Shown: positions 1-8,886, counted from the stretch's first letter. The stretch is DNA of 48,954 nucleotides from an uncultured Candidatus Saccharibacteria bacterium (GCA_964592725.1 CAZQFQ010000003.1:1-48954), one strand, 5' to 3'. Made by a program: numbers and translations. Notes: generated by a model from the sequence alone, not told the origin.

Positions 1-20
1 AAAAATTAGAAAGGAAATAA

Positions 21-212
21 AGTTTTTCAAAAAAATTGGAGGAAATTTTAAGCGGTTTGCCTAAAATTTACGAAACAGTGGTTGCCCTGCACCTGCAGCA
101 CGATTTAACTTTTCAGGAAATTTCCGAAATCTTAAACGAATCCATCAATACAGTTAAAAGCCGTTATAGGCGGGCATTGCTTATGATCCGCCAAGGCTTT
201 GAACGGCCTTAA
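21..212 (+). CDS. sigma-70 family (ECF-type) sigma factor, C-terminal region 4 only; 5' part off-window and frame broken
   Basis: Frame ending at TAA 210-212 reads ..KKLEEILSGLPKIYETVVALHLQHDLTFQEISEILNESINTVKSRYRRALLMIRQGFERP*, a typical region-4 HTH. There is an in-frame TAA at 18-20. The upstream reading continues in another frame across the A7 run at 29-35. Confidence 0.6.
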   Translation, partial: SFSKKLEEILSGLPKIYETVVALHLQHDLTFQEISEILNESINTVKSRYRRALLMIRQGFERP

Positions 213-257
213 GCTTAAATTGCACCAAAAAGCCTAATATATCGTATAATTAACACT

Positions 258-740
258 ATGGAAGAAACCAACCCAAAACAAATTAAAGGCCAAACGGCCT
301 TGGAGCAGGCTTTAAAAAGCCACTTTGAACAAAACCAATTGCCGGATTTTGGCAATTACCTTTTGAATAAAATCTTAAGCCGCGTAAATTATCAACGCCA
401 GCTTAAAATTTTAAAACCCAAACTTTGGACCGCCATCGGAGTTTTTTTAACCGGTTTGGGGCTTTTGGTCTTAGCCGCTGACGTTTCCTTTAGAGCTTTT
501 GCCCAAACACCGACCTCACATTATTTTGCTTTAATATTTACCGATTTTAGCTTAATAATGGCCAACTGGCAGGATTACTCTTTGGGAATTTTGGAAAACC
601 TGCCCCTGGGAGCCATGGCTTTGCTTCTTTCGTGTTTGCTCGGCAGTATTTTGCTGGTGGATTTTTCAACGCACCGCTTTTTAAATTTTCGCAAAACATT
701 AAACTCTCTGCATTACGAGCCCCGCCACAAATTAGTTTAA
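258..740 (+). CDS. membrane protein downstream of the sigma factor, possible anti-sigma factor
   Basis: 160-aa ORF with a soluble N-terminus followed by 3-4 hydrophobic helices. The anti-sigma idea rests on position next to the ECF sigma gene only; no zf-HC2 motif was seen. Confidence 0.35.
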   Translation: MEETNPKQIKGQTALEQALKSHFEQNQLPDFGNYLLNKILSRVNYQRQLKILKPKLWTAIGVFLTGLGLLVLAADVSFRAFAQTPTSHYFALIFTDFSLIMANWQDYSLGILENLPLGAMALLLSCLLGSILLVDFSTHRFLNFRKTLNSLHYEPRHKLV

Positions 741-780
741 ACCAGAACCTATCTTAAAATTATAAATATCCCATACCCAT

Positions 781-1287
781 ATGGAAACTATCAATGAGAC
801 AAAAAATAATCGGCCGGAAAACAAAACCTCAAAACCGGACGCAAGTCCTAAATCTTCCCAAACCCCGCATTCCCGAATTTTTAAAATTGTAGTGACGCTA
901 TTGGCGGAACTCATCCTTTTAATCGGAGTTTTTTCCCTCGGCATGAACGTGGGCTTTAAAAAGGCCGGCTTTACCTACGACTGGAGCCAAAATTATTCCA
1001 ATAATTTTGGCGGTCGTCTTACGCCGATTCAGGCGCCTCCTAACAGCCAACTTTTTAATGCGCACGGACTGGACGGCACGATATTAACGATTGATAAGGG
1101 CTCTATAATATTAAAAGACGAAGACGGAAACGAAAAAACGGTGGATGTTTCGGCCCAGACAACCATACGGCAAAATTTTAAAAATATAACCGCCGCGGAT
1201 TTAAAAACGGGCGAAGAAATTGTTGTTATCGGCGAACCAAACCCGCGGGGCCAAATTGAAGCAAAATTAATCAGAGCTTTAAATTAA
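781..1287 (+). CDS. membrane-anchored protein with a C-terminal beta-rich domain (DUF5666-like)
   Basis: 168-aa ORF with one TM helix (IVVTLLAELILLIGVFSLGM). The C-terminus ILKDEDGNEKTVDVSAQTTIRQ..GEEIVVIG resembles the protein at 5239-5664. Confidence 0.45.
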   Translation: METINETKNNRPENKTSKPDASPKSSQTPHSRIFKIVVTLLAELILLIGVFSLGMNVGFKKAGFTYDWSQNYSNNFGGRLTPIQAPPNSQLFNAHGLDGTILTIDKGSIILKDEDGNEKTVDVSAQTTIRQNFKNITAADLKTGEEIVVIGEPNPRGQIEAKLIRALN

Positions 1288-1316
1288 CACCGGGCTTAGA
1301 CAGCCCTTTAAAAAAT

Positions 1317-3083
1317 ATGACAACCGATATTCCCGCCCAAAGCGGAAACAAACTTTTTAAATCATTGGCAAATAACAAAAAAAAACTCGCGGCAATTATT
1401 ATTGCCGTTTTAATCATCGGCTGGTTTGTTTACCGTCACTATAATACTTCCGCCGCCCCCACGACCTATCTGACGGCAACTGTCCAAAAACAAACGGTTA
1501 TCTCCACGGTTACGGGAACGGGGCAGGTGTCTAATAACCAAAGCGTGAATATTACTCCCCAGTCCAGCGGAAAACTCACCGCGGTCAATTTTAAACAAAA
1601 CGATACGGTAAAAGCGGGGGATATAATTGCCATTGTTGATGAGACCGATAACACCATCGCCTTAAATCAGGCCCAAGCCGGATTGGCCAACGCCCAGGCC
1701 AGCTATGACGAAGTTATGGCCGGCTCTACGCCCCAGGACATCCAGCTGGCGGAATTAACCGTCGCTTCCGACCAGGAAGCTTTGGCTAACGCCACCTCCA
1801 GTTTGGCAACCGTCATCAAACAGCAAAACCAGGCCGTAGCAAACGCGCTGAGCAACTATTTAAACGGCGGTCTTGAGGCCGTGCCCAACACCAATAACGT
1901 CGGCACCGGCGCTATCACAATCAGCGGGACATACTCCCAAACGGTCCAGGGATCATACACAATTACCGCTTACAGCACGGGCGGCGGCTTGCAATTTAAT
2001 TACACCGGACTGGAGTCGGGAAGCGGCCAGATAAGTAAAACAACGCCGATCGCTTTGGGGACAAGCGGGCTGTATATACTATTTTCCGGAAATATTAATA
2101 ACAATGATTCGTGGACCATATCCATTCCAAACCCGATGGCGTCAAGCTACTCAAGCAACAGCAACGCTTACCAAAGCGCGCTTACAAACCAGCAGTCGGC
2201 CATAACCAACGCGCAAAATCAGGTCCAAAGCGCCCAAAACAAACTTCAGCAAGATCAGATAAACCTGGAGGTCAAGGAGGAACCGCCGACCCAACAACAG
2301 GTGGAAAGCGCCCAGGCCCAGCTGACCCAGGCGCAATCCCAGCTGCAAAACGCCCAAATCAACTACAACAACAATATTTTAAAAGCGCCCTTTGACGGCG
2401 TGATTGCGCAGTTAAACAACCAAGTAGGGGATCAGGTTACCGGCTCAACCGTAGTCGCGACAGTTGTGGACAATCAGCCGCTCGCGATAGTCACCTTAAA
2501 CGAGGACGACGTGGCCCAAATCGCGCTTGGCGACAAGGCGACCATGACCTTTAACGCGATTGACGGGTTGACTATAACCGGCAAGGTGGCGGAAATAGAC
2601 AACATCGGCACGGTCAGCCAGGGCGTGGTCAGCTACAACGTCAAAATTTCTTTTGACACTCCGGATCCGCGCATTAAGGCCGGCATGAGCGTTTCCGCCT
2701 CTATAATCACTCAAATTGCGGCCGACGTGTTAACGGTACCCGACTCCGCGGTACAAACCCAAGGATCAACTAACTACGTACTCACTTTGGATCCCAAACA
2801 GACGCAAAGCGTGGCCGGCCAGACCGGGGTAACTTCCAGCGCTCAACCCAAGGAGGTGGCGGTGGGGGTCGGCATTTCCGACGACACCAACACCGAAATT
2901 ACCAGCGGCTTAAATGAAGGGGATACCGTAGTGACTCAAACCATAAACGCAAGCGCCGCCAAATCGGCGGCAGCTTCAGCCACCAGCGCGTTGCGTTTGG
3001 GCGGGGGCGGCTTTGGCGGGGGCGGAGGCGCGGTAAGAACTACAACGTCCGCGACACCGGCAGCCAGAGCAACGGTACCGTAA
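1317..3083 (+). CDS. HlyD/MacA-family periplasmic adaptor (membrane fusion protein) with a large insert and Gly-rich tail
   Basis: N-terminal TM helix, a lipoyl-like motif (VKAGDIIAIVD), coiled-coil halves and a beta-barrel domain (ILKAPFDGVIAQL). It sits directly upstream of the MacB-type ATPase and permease. Confidence 0.8.
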   Translation: MTTDIPAQSGNKLFKSLANNKKKLAAIIIAVLIIGWFVYRHYNTSAAPTTYLTATVQKQTVISTVTGTGQVSNNQSVNITPQSSGKLTAVNFKQNDTVKAGDIIAIVDETDNTIALNQAQAGLANAQASYDEVMAGSTPQDIQLAELTVASDQEALANATSSLATVIKQQNQAVANALSNYLNGGLEAVPNTNNVGTGAITISGTYSQTVQGSYTITAYSTGGGLQFNYTGLESGSGQISKTTPIALGTSGLYILFSGNINNNDSWTISIPNPMASSYSSNSNAYQSALTNQQSAITNAQNQVQSAQNKLQQDQINLEVKEEPPTQQQVESAQAQLTQAQSQLQNAQINYNNNILKAPFDGVIAQLNNQVGDQVTGSTVVATVVDNQPLAIVTLNEDDVAQIALGDKATMTFNAIDGLTITGKVAEIDNIGTVSQGVVSYNVKISFDTPDPRIKAGMSVSASIITQIAADVLTVPDSAVQTQGSTNYVLTLDPKQTQSVAGQTGVTSSAQPKEVAVGVGISDDTNTEITSGLNEGDTVVTQTINASAAKSAAASATSALRLGGGGFGGGGGAVRTTTSATPAARATVP

Positions 3084-3108
3084 ACTTTAAAAAGCATCCT
3101 AAATTATA

Positions 3109-3831
3109 ATGATAGAAATTCAACACATTTCCAAAACCTACAAAAGCGGCGACAATGAAACCCAGGCCCTAAAAGACGTAAGCTTCACCATCAAAGACGG
3201 CGAATTTGTAGCCATTATGGGTCCGTCCGGCAGCGGCAAATCCACGCTGATGCATATTATCGGCGCGCTTGATATTCCGACCAGCGGCAAATATTTTTTG
3301 GACGGGAAAGACGTTTCCACGCTTTCGGAAGACGAGCTCGGCGAGATCCGCAAAAAACACATCGGCTTTGTTTTTCAGGCGTTCAACCTTCTTCCTAGGA
3401 CAACAGTGTTAAGGAATGTTGAATTGCCGCTGATGTACGCCGAAGTCCCCAAGGCTGAACGCGAGACGCTGGCTAAAAATGCGCTCCTTGCCGCGGGCAT
3501 GAGCGAAGACCGCTTTTCGCATTTTTCCAACCAGCTTTCCGGCGGGCAAATGCAACGGGTGGCCATTGCCCGGGCATTGGTAAACAACCCATCGCTTATT
3601 TTAGCCGACGAGCCTACGGGAAACTTGGACACAAAAACCGGAGAAATAGTTTTGGGTACTTTTCAAAAACTAAACAAAGAAGGGCATACAGTGGTTTTAA
3701 TTACCCACGAACGCGACGTGGCCGAACACGCCCAAAAAATAATTCTGCTTCGAGACGGGGAAATCGTGACCGAAGAAAAAAATCATGAACAAAAAATAGC
3801 TAAACAGGACCAGGTCAATGATCTAACTTAA
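3109..3831 (+). CDS. ABC transporter ATP-binding protein, MacB/LolD type
   Basis: Walker [10 protein letters not shown], signature LSGGQMQR, Walker [14 protein letters not shown]-loop ITHE. Confidence 0.9.
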   Translation: MIEIQHISKTYKSGDNETQALKDVSFTIKDGEFVAIMGPSGSGKSTLMHIIGALDIPTSGKYFLDGKDVSTLSEDELGEIRKKHIGFVFQAFNLLPRTTVLRNVELPLMYAEVPKAERETLAKNALLAAGMSEDRFSHFSNQLSGGQMQRVAIARALVNNPSLILADEPTGNLDTKTGEIVLGTFQKLNKEGHTVVLITHERDVAEHAQKIILLRDGEIVTEEKNHEQKIAKQDQVNDLT

Positions 3832-3918
3832 ACCCCGGCTAAGGTTATCGAAAAAAAGAGACTCGCGCCGTCAATTTGCTTATTTTTTCCAGGTGGAAAA
3901 TTCAATTTCAATTAATTT

Positions 3919-5148
3919 ATGCTGACAAGAGATTTATTTGAAGAAACTTACTGGGCGCTTTCCGCCAACAAAGTCAGGAGCTTTCTGACGATTTTGGGTA
4001 TTGTCATAGGCGTCGGCTCAGTCGTAGCTATGATAGCCGTTGGCCAGGGCTCCCAGGCCAGCATTCAATCCAGCATCCAGGCCTCGGGAGCCAACCTGCT
4101 GACCGTTATTCCGGGCGCGGCGGCGGGGGTGGGAGTGCAAGTCAGCGCCGGCCGCGGCAGCGCGCAAACCCTGACCCAAGATGACGCCGCGGCCATTTCA
4201 CAGCAAGTTTCCCTCATAAAAGCAATTTCGCCGGAATTTACCAAGCGCTCCCAAGTTACGGCCAAAGGAACCAATACCAACACTTCAGTAATCGGAGCGG
4301 AACCCGCTTACATGACCGTGCATAACGTAGCAATTGACCTGGGCGCCTTTATTACCGACCAACAGCAGTCTACCGCCGCGCGCGTAGCCGTACTTGGCCC
4401 GACGGCGCGCGACGACCTGTTTGGTACGGGAGCCAATGCTGTAGGAAGTACTATTGTTATCAACAGTCAGGAATTTAAAGTCATTGGCGTGACCGTGTCC
4501 AAAGGAGGCACCGGCTTTAACAACCCCGACGATTATATCTATGTTCCGTTATCGACCATGGAGCACTTTTTGGCCGGCGACACCACCGGTTATTTAAGCT
4601 CCATAGCCGTAAGCGTTTCCAACCAGTCCGCCATGAATGAAGTCCAAAACCAAATTACCTCGTTACTTTTAGCCAGGCACAAAATTTCCGACCCGACGCA
4701 AGCGGACTTTAGTATTGTTAACCAGGCCGATATTGTGGCCAGCGCTTCCACAGTCACCAATACTTTTACCGTGCTTTTGGCCTCGGTTGCGGGAATATCA
4801 TTATTAGTCGGGGGCATCGGCATTATGAATATGATGCTTACCACCGTAACCGAACGCACCCGCGAAATCGGTTTGCGCAAGGCCATCGGCGCGCACAAAA
4901 CCGACATCACCAAACAATTTTTGGCGGAAGCCATTATGCTGACATTGCTTGGCGGCATTATCGGAGTAATTTTAGGGTGGCTGATGTCCCTAGCGGTGAC
5001 TTATTTTGCCAACATTGCCACCCAAATTTCCGGTTCTTCCATTATTTTAGCTTTTGGCGTTTCGGCCGGCATCGGCATAATTTTTGGATACTACCCGGCC
5101 CGCCGCGCCGCGGGGCTAAGCCCGATTGAGGCTTTAAGGTACGAGTAA
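3919..5148 (+). CDS. ABC transporter permease, MacB/FtsX-like fold
   Basis: 409 aa with an N-terminal TM helix, a large extracytoplasmic domain and three C-terminal TM helices. Conserved TERTREIGLRKAIGA motif. Confidence 0.9.
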   Translation: MLTRDLFEETYWALSANKVRSFLTILGIVIGVGSVVAMIAVGQGSQASIQSSIQASGANLLTVIPGAAAGVGVQVSAGRGSAQTLTQDDAAAISQQVSLIKAISPEFTKRSQVTAKGTNTNTSVIGAEPAYMTVHNVAIDLGAFITDQQQSTAARVAVLGPTARDDLFGTGANAVGSTIVINSQEFKVIGVTVSKGGTGFNNPDDYIYVPLSTMEHFLAGDTTGYLSSIAVSVSNQSAMNEVQNQITSLLLARHKISDPTQADFSIVNQADIVASASTVTNTFTVLLASVAGISLLVGGIGIMNMMLTTVTERTREIGLRKAIGAHKTDITKQFLAEAIMLTLLGGIIGVILGWLMSLAVTYFANIATQISGSSIILAFGVSAGIGIIFGYYPARRAAGLSPIEALRYE

Positions 5149-5238
5149 AAAAATCGAATTTACGAATTCGTAGGCCTTCGTAGATTCGTCTAATTCGTTG
5201 ATTCGATTTCTTTATAAAATAATTAACTAAGGACAAAT

Positions 5239-5664
5239 ATGAACACCAAACAATGGGTAGTCTTGATCGTTGTCGCCGTAGTTTTTGCCGGCGGCGGATT
5301 CTTTGGGGGGATAAAGTATCAGCAAAGCAAAACGCCGGCGGCCGCTGTAAGGACAGCGGGTGCGGCCGGATTTGCCGGAAGAAGGGGAGGGGCCGGCGGT
5401 TCCAATATGGGCTTCACCAACGGCCAGGTTTTGAGCGTTGATCAAAACACTATCACCGTAAAGCTACAAACCGGCGGCAGCCAAAATGTGATTTTGGCGC
5501 CTTCCACCACGTACCGCAAAGCGGTTGACGGCACAAGTTCCGACGTTACTGTCGGCAGTCAGGTAACCGTAACCGGAACAACCAATTCCGACGGCAGTTT
5601 AACGGCGCAAAGCGTGCAAATCCGCGCGGCGAGCTCCACGCCGACGGGCATTCCCGGGCAGTAA
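5239..5664 (+). CDS. secreted or membrane-anchored DUF5666-like protein
   Basis: 141 aa with an N-terminal TM/signal helix, a Gly/Ala-rich linker and a beta-rich C-terminus (TVKLQTGGSQNVILAPSTTYRK..VTVTG). Paralogous in style to 781-1287. Confidence 0.5.
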   Translation: MNTKQWVVLIVVAVVFAGGGFFGGIKYQQSKTPAAAVRTAGAAGFAGRRGGAGGSNMGFTNGQVLSVDQNTITVKLQTGGSQNVILAPSTTYRKAVDGTSSDVTVGSQVTVTGTTNSDGSLTAQSVQIRAASSTPTGIPGQ

Positions 5665-5674
5665 CAATTTTTAC

Positions 5675-5709
5675 AAATCCCCGTTCAAGCTTTGGCTGGA
5701 CGGGGATTT
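5675..5709 (+). terminator. stem-loop terminator after 5239-5664
   Basis: AAATCCCCGT..ACGGGGATTT inverted repeat located 10 nt after the stop codon. Confidence 0.5.
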
Positions 5710-5723
5710 ATGATATAATAATA

Positions 5724-5885
5724 AGAACCTATTTTAAAAATAATTTGTAGGCGAAATTACAGGATTTTGAGCGGATTGGCCCTTAACAAATTTTGACGTT
5801 TAGCCGAAGCTAAGCGGAAAAATTTTTAAGGCCAAGACGCCAAAATCCTGGAATTGCAGCCCGAAGGATTTTTAAAATAGGTTCT
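5724..5885 (+). mobile_element. MITE-like full-length palindromic element, copy 1
   Basis: 18-bp perfect termini (AGAACCTATTTTAAAAAT / ATTTTTAAAATAGGTTCT). The conserved core GGATTTTGAGCGGATTGGCCCTTAACAAATTTTGACGTTTAGCCGAAGCTAAGCGGAAAAATTTTTAAGGCCAAGACGCCAAAATCC recurs at 13641-13804 and 14419-14580. Confidence 0.75.
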
Positions 5886-5903
5886 AAGCTAAACTCGACA
5901 AAA

Positions 5904-6551
5904 ATGAGCAAACTTACCCAAAGATATAACTCCATTAGATCGCACAAATTTTTTTACATCCAACTGGCTATAGGGGTTTTATTTTTATCCCTCAGCCTGT
6001 TTTTTAATTATTACGCGCAAGCCTTTACCGCAACCCATGCCAGTAATTCCGTAACCGATATAATTTTAGACCATTTGCCAGCCAAAAATGTCGACGATGT
6101 TTTTCTGGAAGGCATGTTGATTTTTATTGCTTTTGTCACCTTGCTGGCTTTGCATAAACCCAGCCGCATTCCTTTTATTCTTAAAGCCTCCGCCTTATTT
6201 ATCTTTACAAGGGCGATTTTTATCACCTTAACCCATTTAGCGCCCCCCGCCCATATGACCACCGTCCATTCGGTAAGCTTTTTGGAAAGGTTGATCTCCG
6301 GTTCCGGGGATGATTTATTTTTTTCCGCTCATACCGGCTTTCCGTATTTAATGGCATTGATATTTTGGGAGACAAAATATCTGCGCTGGCTGTTTCTGGC
6401 GACATCCATATTTTTTGCCGGAGCAGTGCTTTTGGGGCATTTGCACTACTCAATAGACGTCTTCTCCGCTTTCTTTATAACCTACGGCATTTTCAACATC
6501 GCTAAGCGCTGGTTCAAAAAAGATTACGAATTTTTTTACTACCACAAATGA
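5904..6551 (+). CDS. integral membrane protein, PAP2_C / sphingomyelin-synthase-like phosphatase fold
   Basis: 215 aa with about 6 TM helices. Motifs SAHTGFP and GHLHYSIDVF match the C2/C3 motifs of the PAP2 superfamily. Confidence 0.5.
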   Translation: MSKLTQRYNSIRSHKFFYIQLAIGVLFLSLSLFFNYYAQAFTATHASNSVTDIILDHLPAKNVDDVFLEGMLIFIAFVTLLALHKPSRIPFILKASALFIFTRAIFITLTHLAPPAHMTTVHSVSFLERLISGSGDDLFFSAHTGFPYLMALIFWETKYLRWLFLATSIFFAGAVLLGHLHYSIDVFSAFFITYGIFNIAKRWFKKDYEFFYYHK

Positions 6552-6637
6552 CAAACTTTTAAAAAATTTAAGGCTTGCCCAGTTGATTTTTTTTTGGATT
6601 TTTGATAAAATAGCTTAAGTTAAACAAGCAAATATCC

Positions 6638-6723
6638 GGGCAGGTGGTAGAGCGGTCAATTACAACAGACTGTAAATCTGTCGCCTTCGGGCTACGCAGG
6701 TTCGAATCCTGCCCTGCCCACCA
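6638..6723 (+). tRNA. tRNA-Tyr (GUA), type II with long variable arm, CCA encoded
   Basis: Acceptor GGGCAGG/CCTGCCC, anticodon loop CTGTAAA, variable arm CGCCTTCGGGCTAC, T arm GCAGG-TTCGAAT-CCTGC, then A-CCA. Confidence 0.9.
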
Positions 6724-6822
6724 GTAAAATCCACCAAATAATTTGGTGGCTTTTACTTTAAGTGTGATTTTGACTTTTATATAATAAAGTGCAAAAATAA
6801 GGGTAGTTTTCCAAATATATAT

Positions 6823-7287
6823 ATGGACGCAAACGACCCATTTAAAAAGTTACTTTCGGAAGCAAAAGAGTTTTATCAAAGCATTGATAAAACAAGATGC
6901 CCTGCTTTAAATGCTGAGGTGCATTTTACATCAGAGGGTTTTCATCACCTCCGTTACGACCGCTCTCTCAAAGAAAGAAGCAAACTGGAACGCAGAAATA
7001 AACTATCCCATATCGCCGCTGCGGTTGAGACAATAAAGTTATCATCGACTATCCAGGAATACCGAGTTACTTTAGAAGCCGCGGGCTTAAAAGATGCTCA
7101 AGGACTGCGTTCGGCAGTTAAAGTTAATTACTATGCATTTTGGGCCGTCTTGAATAAAAAAACTAGAGTGAAAGCGATTGTAAGGCAGGTTGAAAATGGC
7201 CAATATAACTTTTGGAGTGTAATGCCTTACTGGACCGAGATCAATGGACATAAAGTATTTGGTTCCGTTCGGATGACCGACGAATAG
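6823..7287 (+). CDS. hypothetical protein (weak resemblance to BECR-fold phage/toxin nucleases)
   Basis: 154-aa ORF, the first gene of the AT-rich segment after tRNA-Tyr. The pattern HFTSEGFHHLRY...VKAIVRQVENGQYNFWSVMP is reminiscent of Barnase/EndoU/RelE-like toxin domains. This is pattern resemblance only. Confidence 0.3.
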   Translation: MDANDPFKKLLSEAKEFYQSIDKTRCPALNAEVHFTSEGFHHLRYDRSLKERSKLERRNKLSHIAAAVETIKLSSTIQEYRVTLEAAGLKDAQGLRSAVKVNYYAFWAVLNKKTRVKAIVRQVENGQYNFWSVMPYWTEINGHKVFGSVRMTDE

Positions 7288-7295
7288 AAAATATA

Positions 7296-7318
7296 AAAAC
7301 GACCAACACGGTCGTTTT
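7296..7318 (+). terminator. rho-independent terminator
   Basis: AAAACGACC-aacac-GGTCGTTTT located 9 nt after the stop at 7287. Confidence 0.7.
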
Positions 7319-7421
7319 AAAACTATTCTATTGTGTGCTTGCTTTTCGGCTTACTGGCTATTGCCTTAGCCGAACAGGACTAAGTCCACAAGCACAGAAC
7401 CATTATACCTTAACTAATTAG

Positions 7422-8084
7422 ATGTGTCAAAAGATTTATCCACCTGTTATTTTAAACCAAAATCTGCTATATTTTAGGCATATGGGATTATTTACAAAAC
7501 AACCAAATGCTGTGGAAAAAACAGCAATAATTTTTCTTGATGAATTCCCCGCTTGGGCTGTAAAACACTCAATATCTCTTATTTCCGAGCTAAAAAACTC
7601 AAGTGAAGCTTGGAGAGATATATTAAATAAGGGTGGCGAGACGGAAGCAATGCTGACTGATTGCCTGACTGGCGCACATATTATGTATCTTAAATTATCG
7701 ATGCCGCAAAGTCTTTTGACTTTGCTGGGTGGTGAGAAGAAAATTTTTAAAACAATTTCTTTTTGGCCAAAAACAGCTCAAAATTTTATACAACTTTCTT
7801 CTAAGTATTTAGAAAAAGAACACGAGTTGAGAGCCCGTGGAGAACGCACATTTTTAGATGCGTTAAATGATTTTTATAAAAATGACAGCGGCAAACCAGC
7901 TGAACCTTTATCGGCAAATTTTGCAACAGTCGCAACTAATTTTTGTGCGGAACAATCAAAAAAATTTGAAGGTAGCCCCTTTTTAGTTGCAGATTTGTAT
8001 AAAATATTTTTTAGTTTGGATAATGAGCAAATTAATTGGATTTCTAAATACGTTCTAGCAAAAGCCAAAACTCAACCTGTATAA
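7422..8084 (+). CDS. hypothetical protein, predicted all-alpha
   Basis: 220-aa ORF in the AT-rich island. A more likely start is Met21 at 7482 (MGLFTKQ..). No recognisable motif. Confidence 0.5.
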   Translation: MCQKIYPPVILNQNLLYFRHMGLFTKQPNAVEKTAIIFLDEFPAWAVKHSISLISELKNSSEAWRDILNKGGETEAMLTDCLTGAHIMYLKLSMPQSLLTLLGGEKKIFKTISFWPKTAQNFIQLSSKYLEKEHELRARGERTFLDALNDFYKNDSGKPAEPLSANFATVATNFCAEQSKKFEGSPFLVADLYKIFFSLDNEQINWISKYVLAKAKTQPV

Positions 8085-8090
8085 TATTTC

Positions 8091-8564
8091 GTGAATAAAA
8101 AAGATTTTATAATCAATTACATCTGTAATCAGCCGCAAAAAATCAGAGCTCATTTTAATTACGATTTATTTCTTAAGGACGCCAATATTTTAATCAGTTC
8201 AAAAAAAATTAAATTAAAAGAGTTTGAAAAATTTTATACTCCTTGGCACCAAAAGAATGGTAAGATTTGTGGGACAATAGAAACAGTTGAAACTGACCCC
8301 GAATACCGCACAATAAAAATTTTGGAAGTTGTTAACTACCCAGAAAAAAAGCCAACAGGAAAATTACCAACAGTATTTGAGCCTATACCGTTGCTTACCG
8401 ATAAATCAACAAAAAAAACTTTGGTTTTAGACAGCAATCATCTACTTGGGGAAGCAATCCAAAAATTGCCAAAAAATAAATTATTTGATGTTTTTGAAAT
8501 AGTTAGCGAGAATGCCGAACTCTTGGTAAAGGATTTTAAAATAATAAACCGAGATGTAGTTTAA
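8091..8564 (+). CDS. hypothetical protein
   Basis: 157-aa ORF with a GTG start, 6 nt after the previous stop. AT-rich and Lys-rich, with no recognisable motif. Confidence 0.5.
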   Translation: MNKKDFIINYICNQPQKIRAHFNYDLFLKDANILISSKKIKLKEFEKFYTPWHQKNGKICGTIETVETDPEYRTIKILEVVNYPEKKPTGKLPTVFEPIPLLTDKSTKKTLVLDSNHLLGEAIQKLPKNKLFDVFEIVSENAELLVKDFKIINRDVV

Positions 8565-8591
8565 TTTTTTAAAATAATTAATTTATATTTT

Positions 8592-8777
8592 ATGTGGTTA
8601 TTGGTTATAATTGCCATCATCTTGTTTGTTCTTTACGAGTGGAGAAAAGAGAAAGCTTCTGAAAAACACGCTGACTGGATGATGAAGAATGACCCGGAAA
8701 TTCAAAAAGATAACGCCACCTTGAGAGGGCTTGGGTTTGATGAATATGGAAACCCCCTTTCAAAAAAATCCAAATAG
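8592..8777 (+). CDS. small single-pass membrane protein
   Basis: 61 aa with N-terminal TM helix MWLLVIIAIILFVLY. Last ORF of the AT-rich island. Confidence 0.4.
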   Translation: MWLLVIIAIILFVLYEWRKEKASEKHADWMMKNDPEIQKDNATLRGLGFDEYGNPLSKKSK

Positions 8778-8858
8778 TTTGCCTGATTCGTGGTTATAAT
8801 GGACTTTTGATATTTGCAATTTCCATTCCAACTTTGTCAAACAGTGCCCACCAAAATT

Positions 8859-8886
8859 AAAAAGCCAAGCGTTAGCTTGGCTTTTT
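8859..8886. terminator. bidirectional rho-independent terminator
   Basis: AAAAAGCCAAGC-gtta-GCTTGGCTTTTT, with A and T tracts on both sides. Lies between convergent genes. Confidence 0.7.

Noticed and set aside
6724-8853. Calling the tRNA-Tyr-adjacent island a prophage or integrative element
   Set aside because: No integrase, excisionase, or structural or replication genes are recognisable, and the direct repeat is only 9 bp. It is reported as a possible decayed islet rather than annotated as a mobile element.
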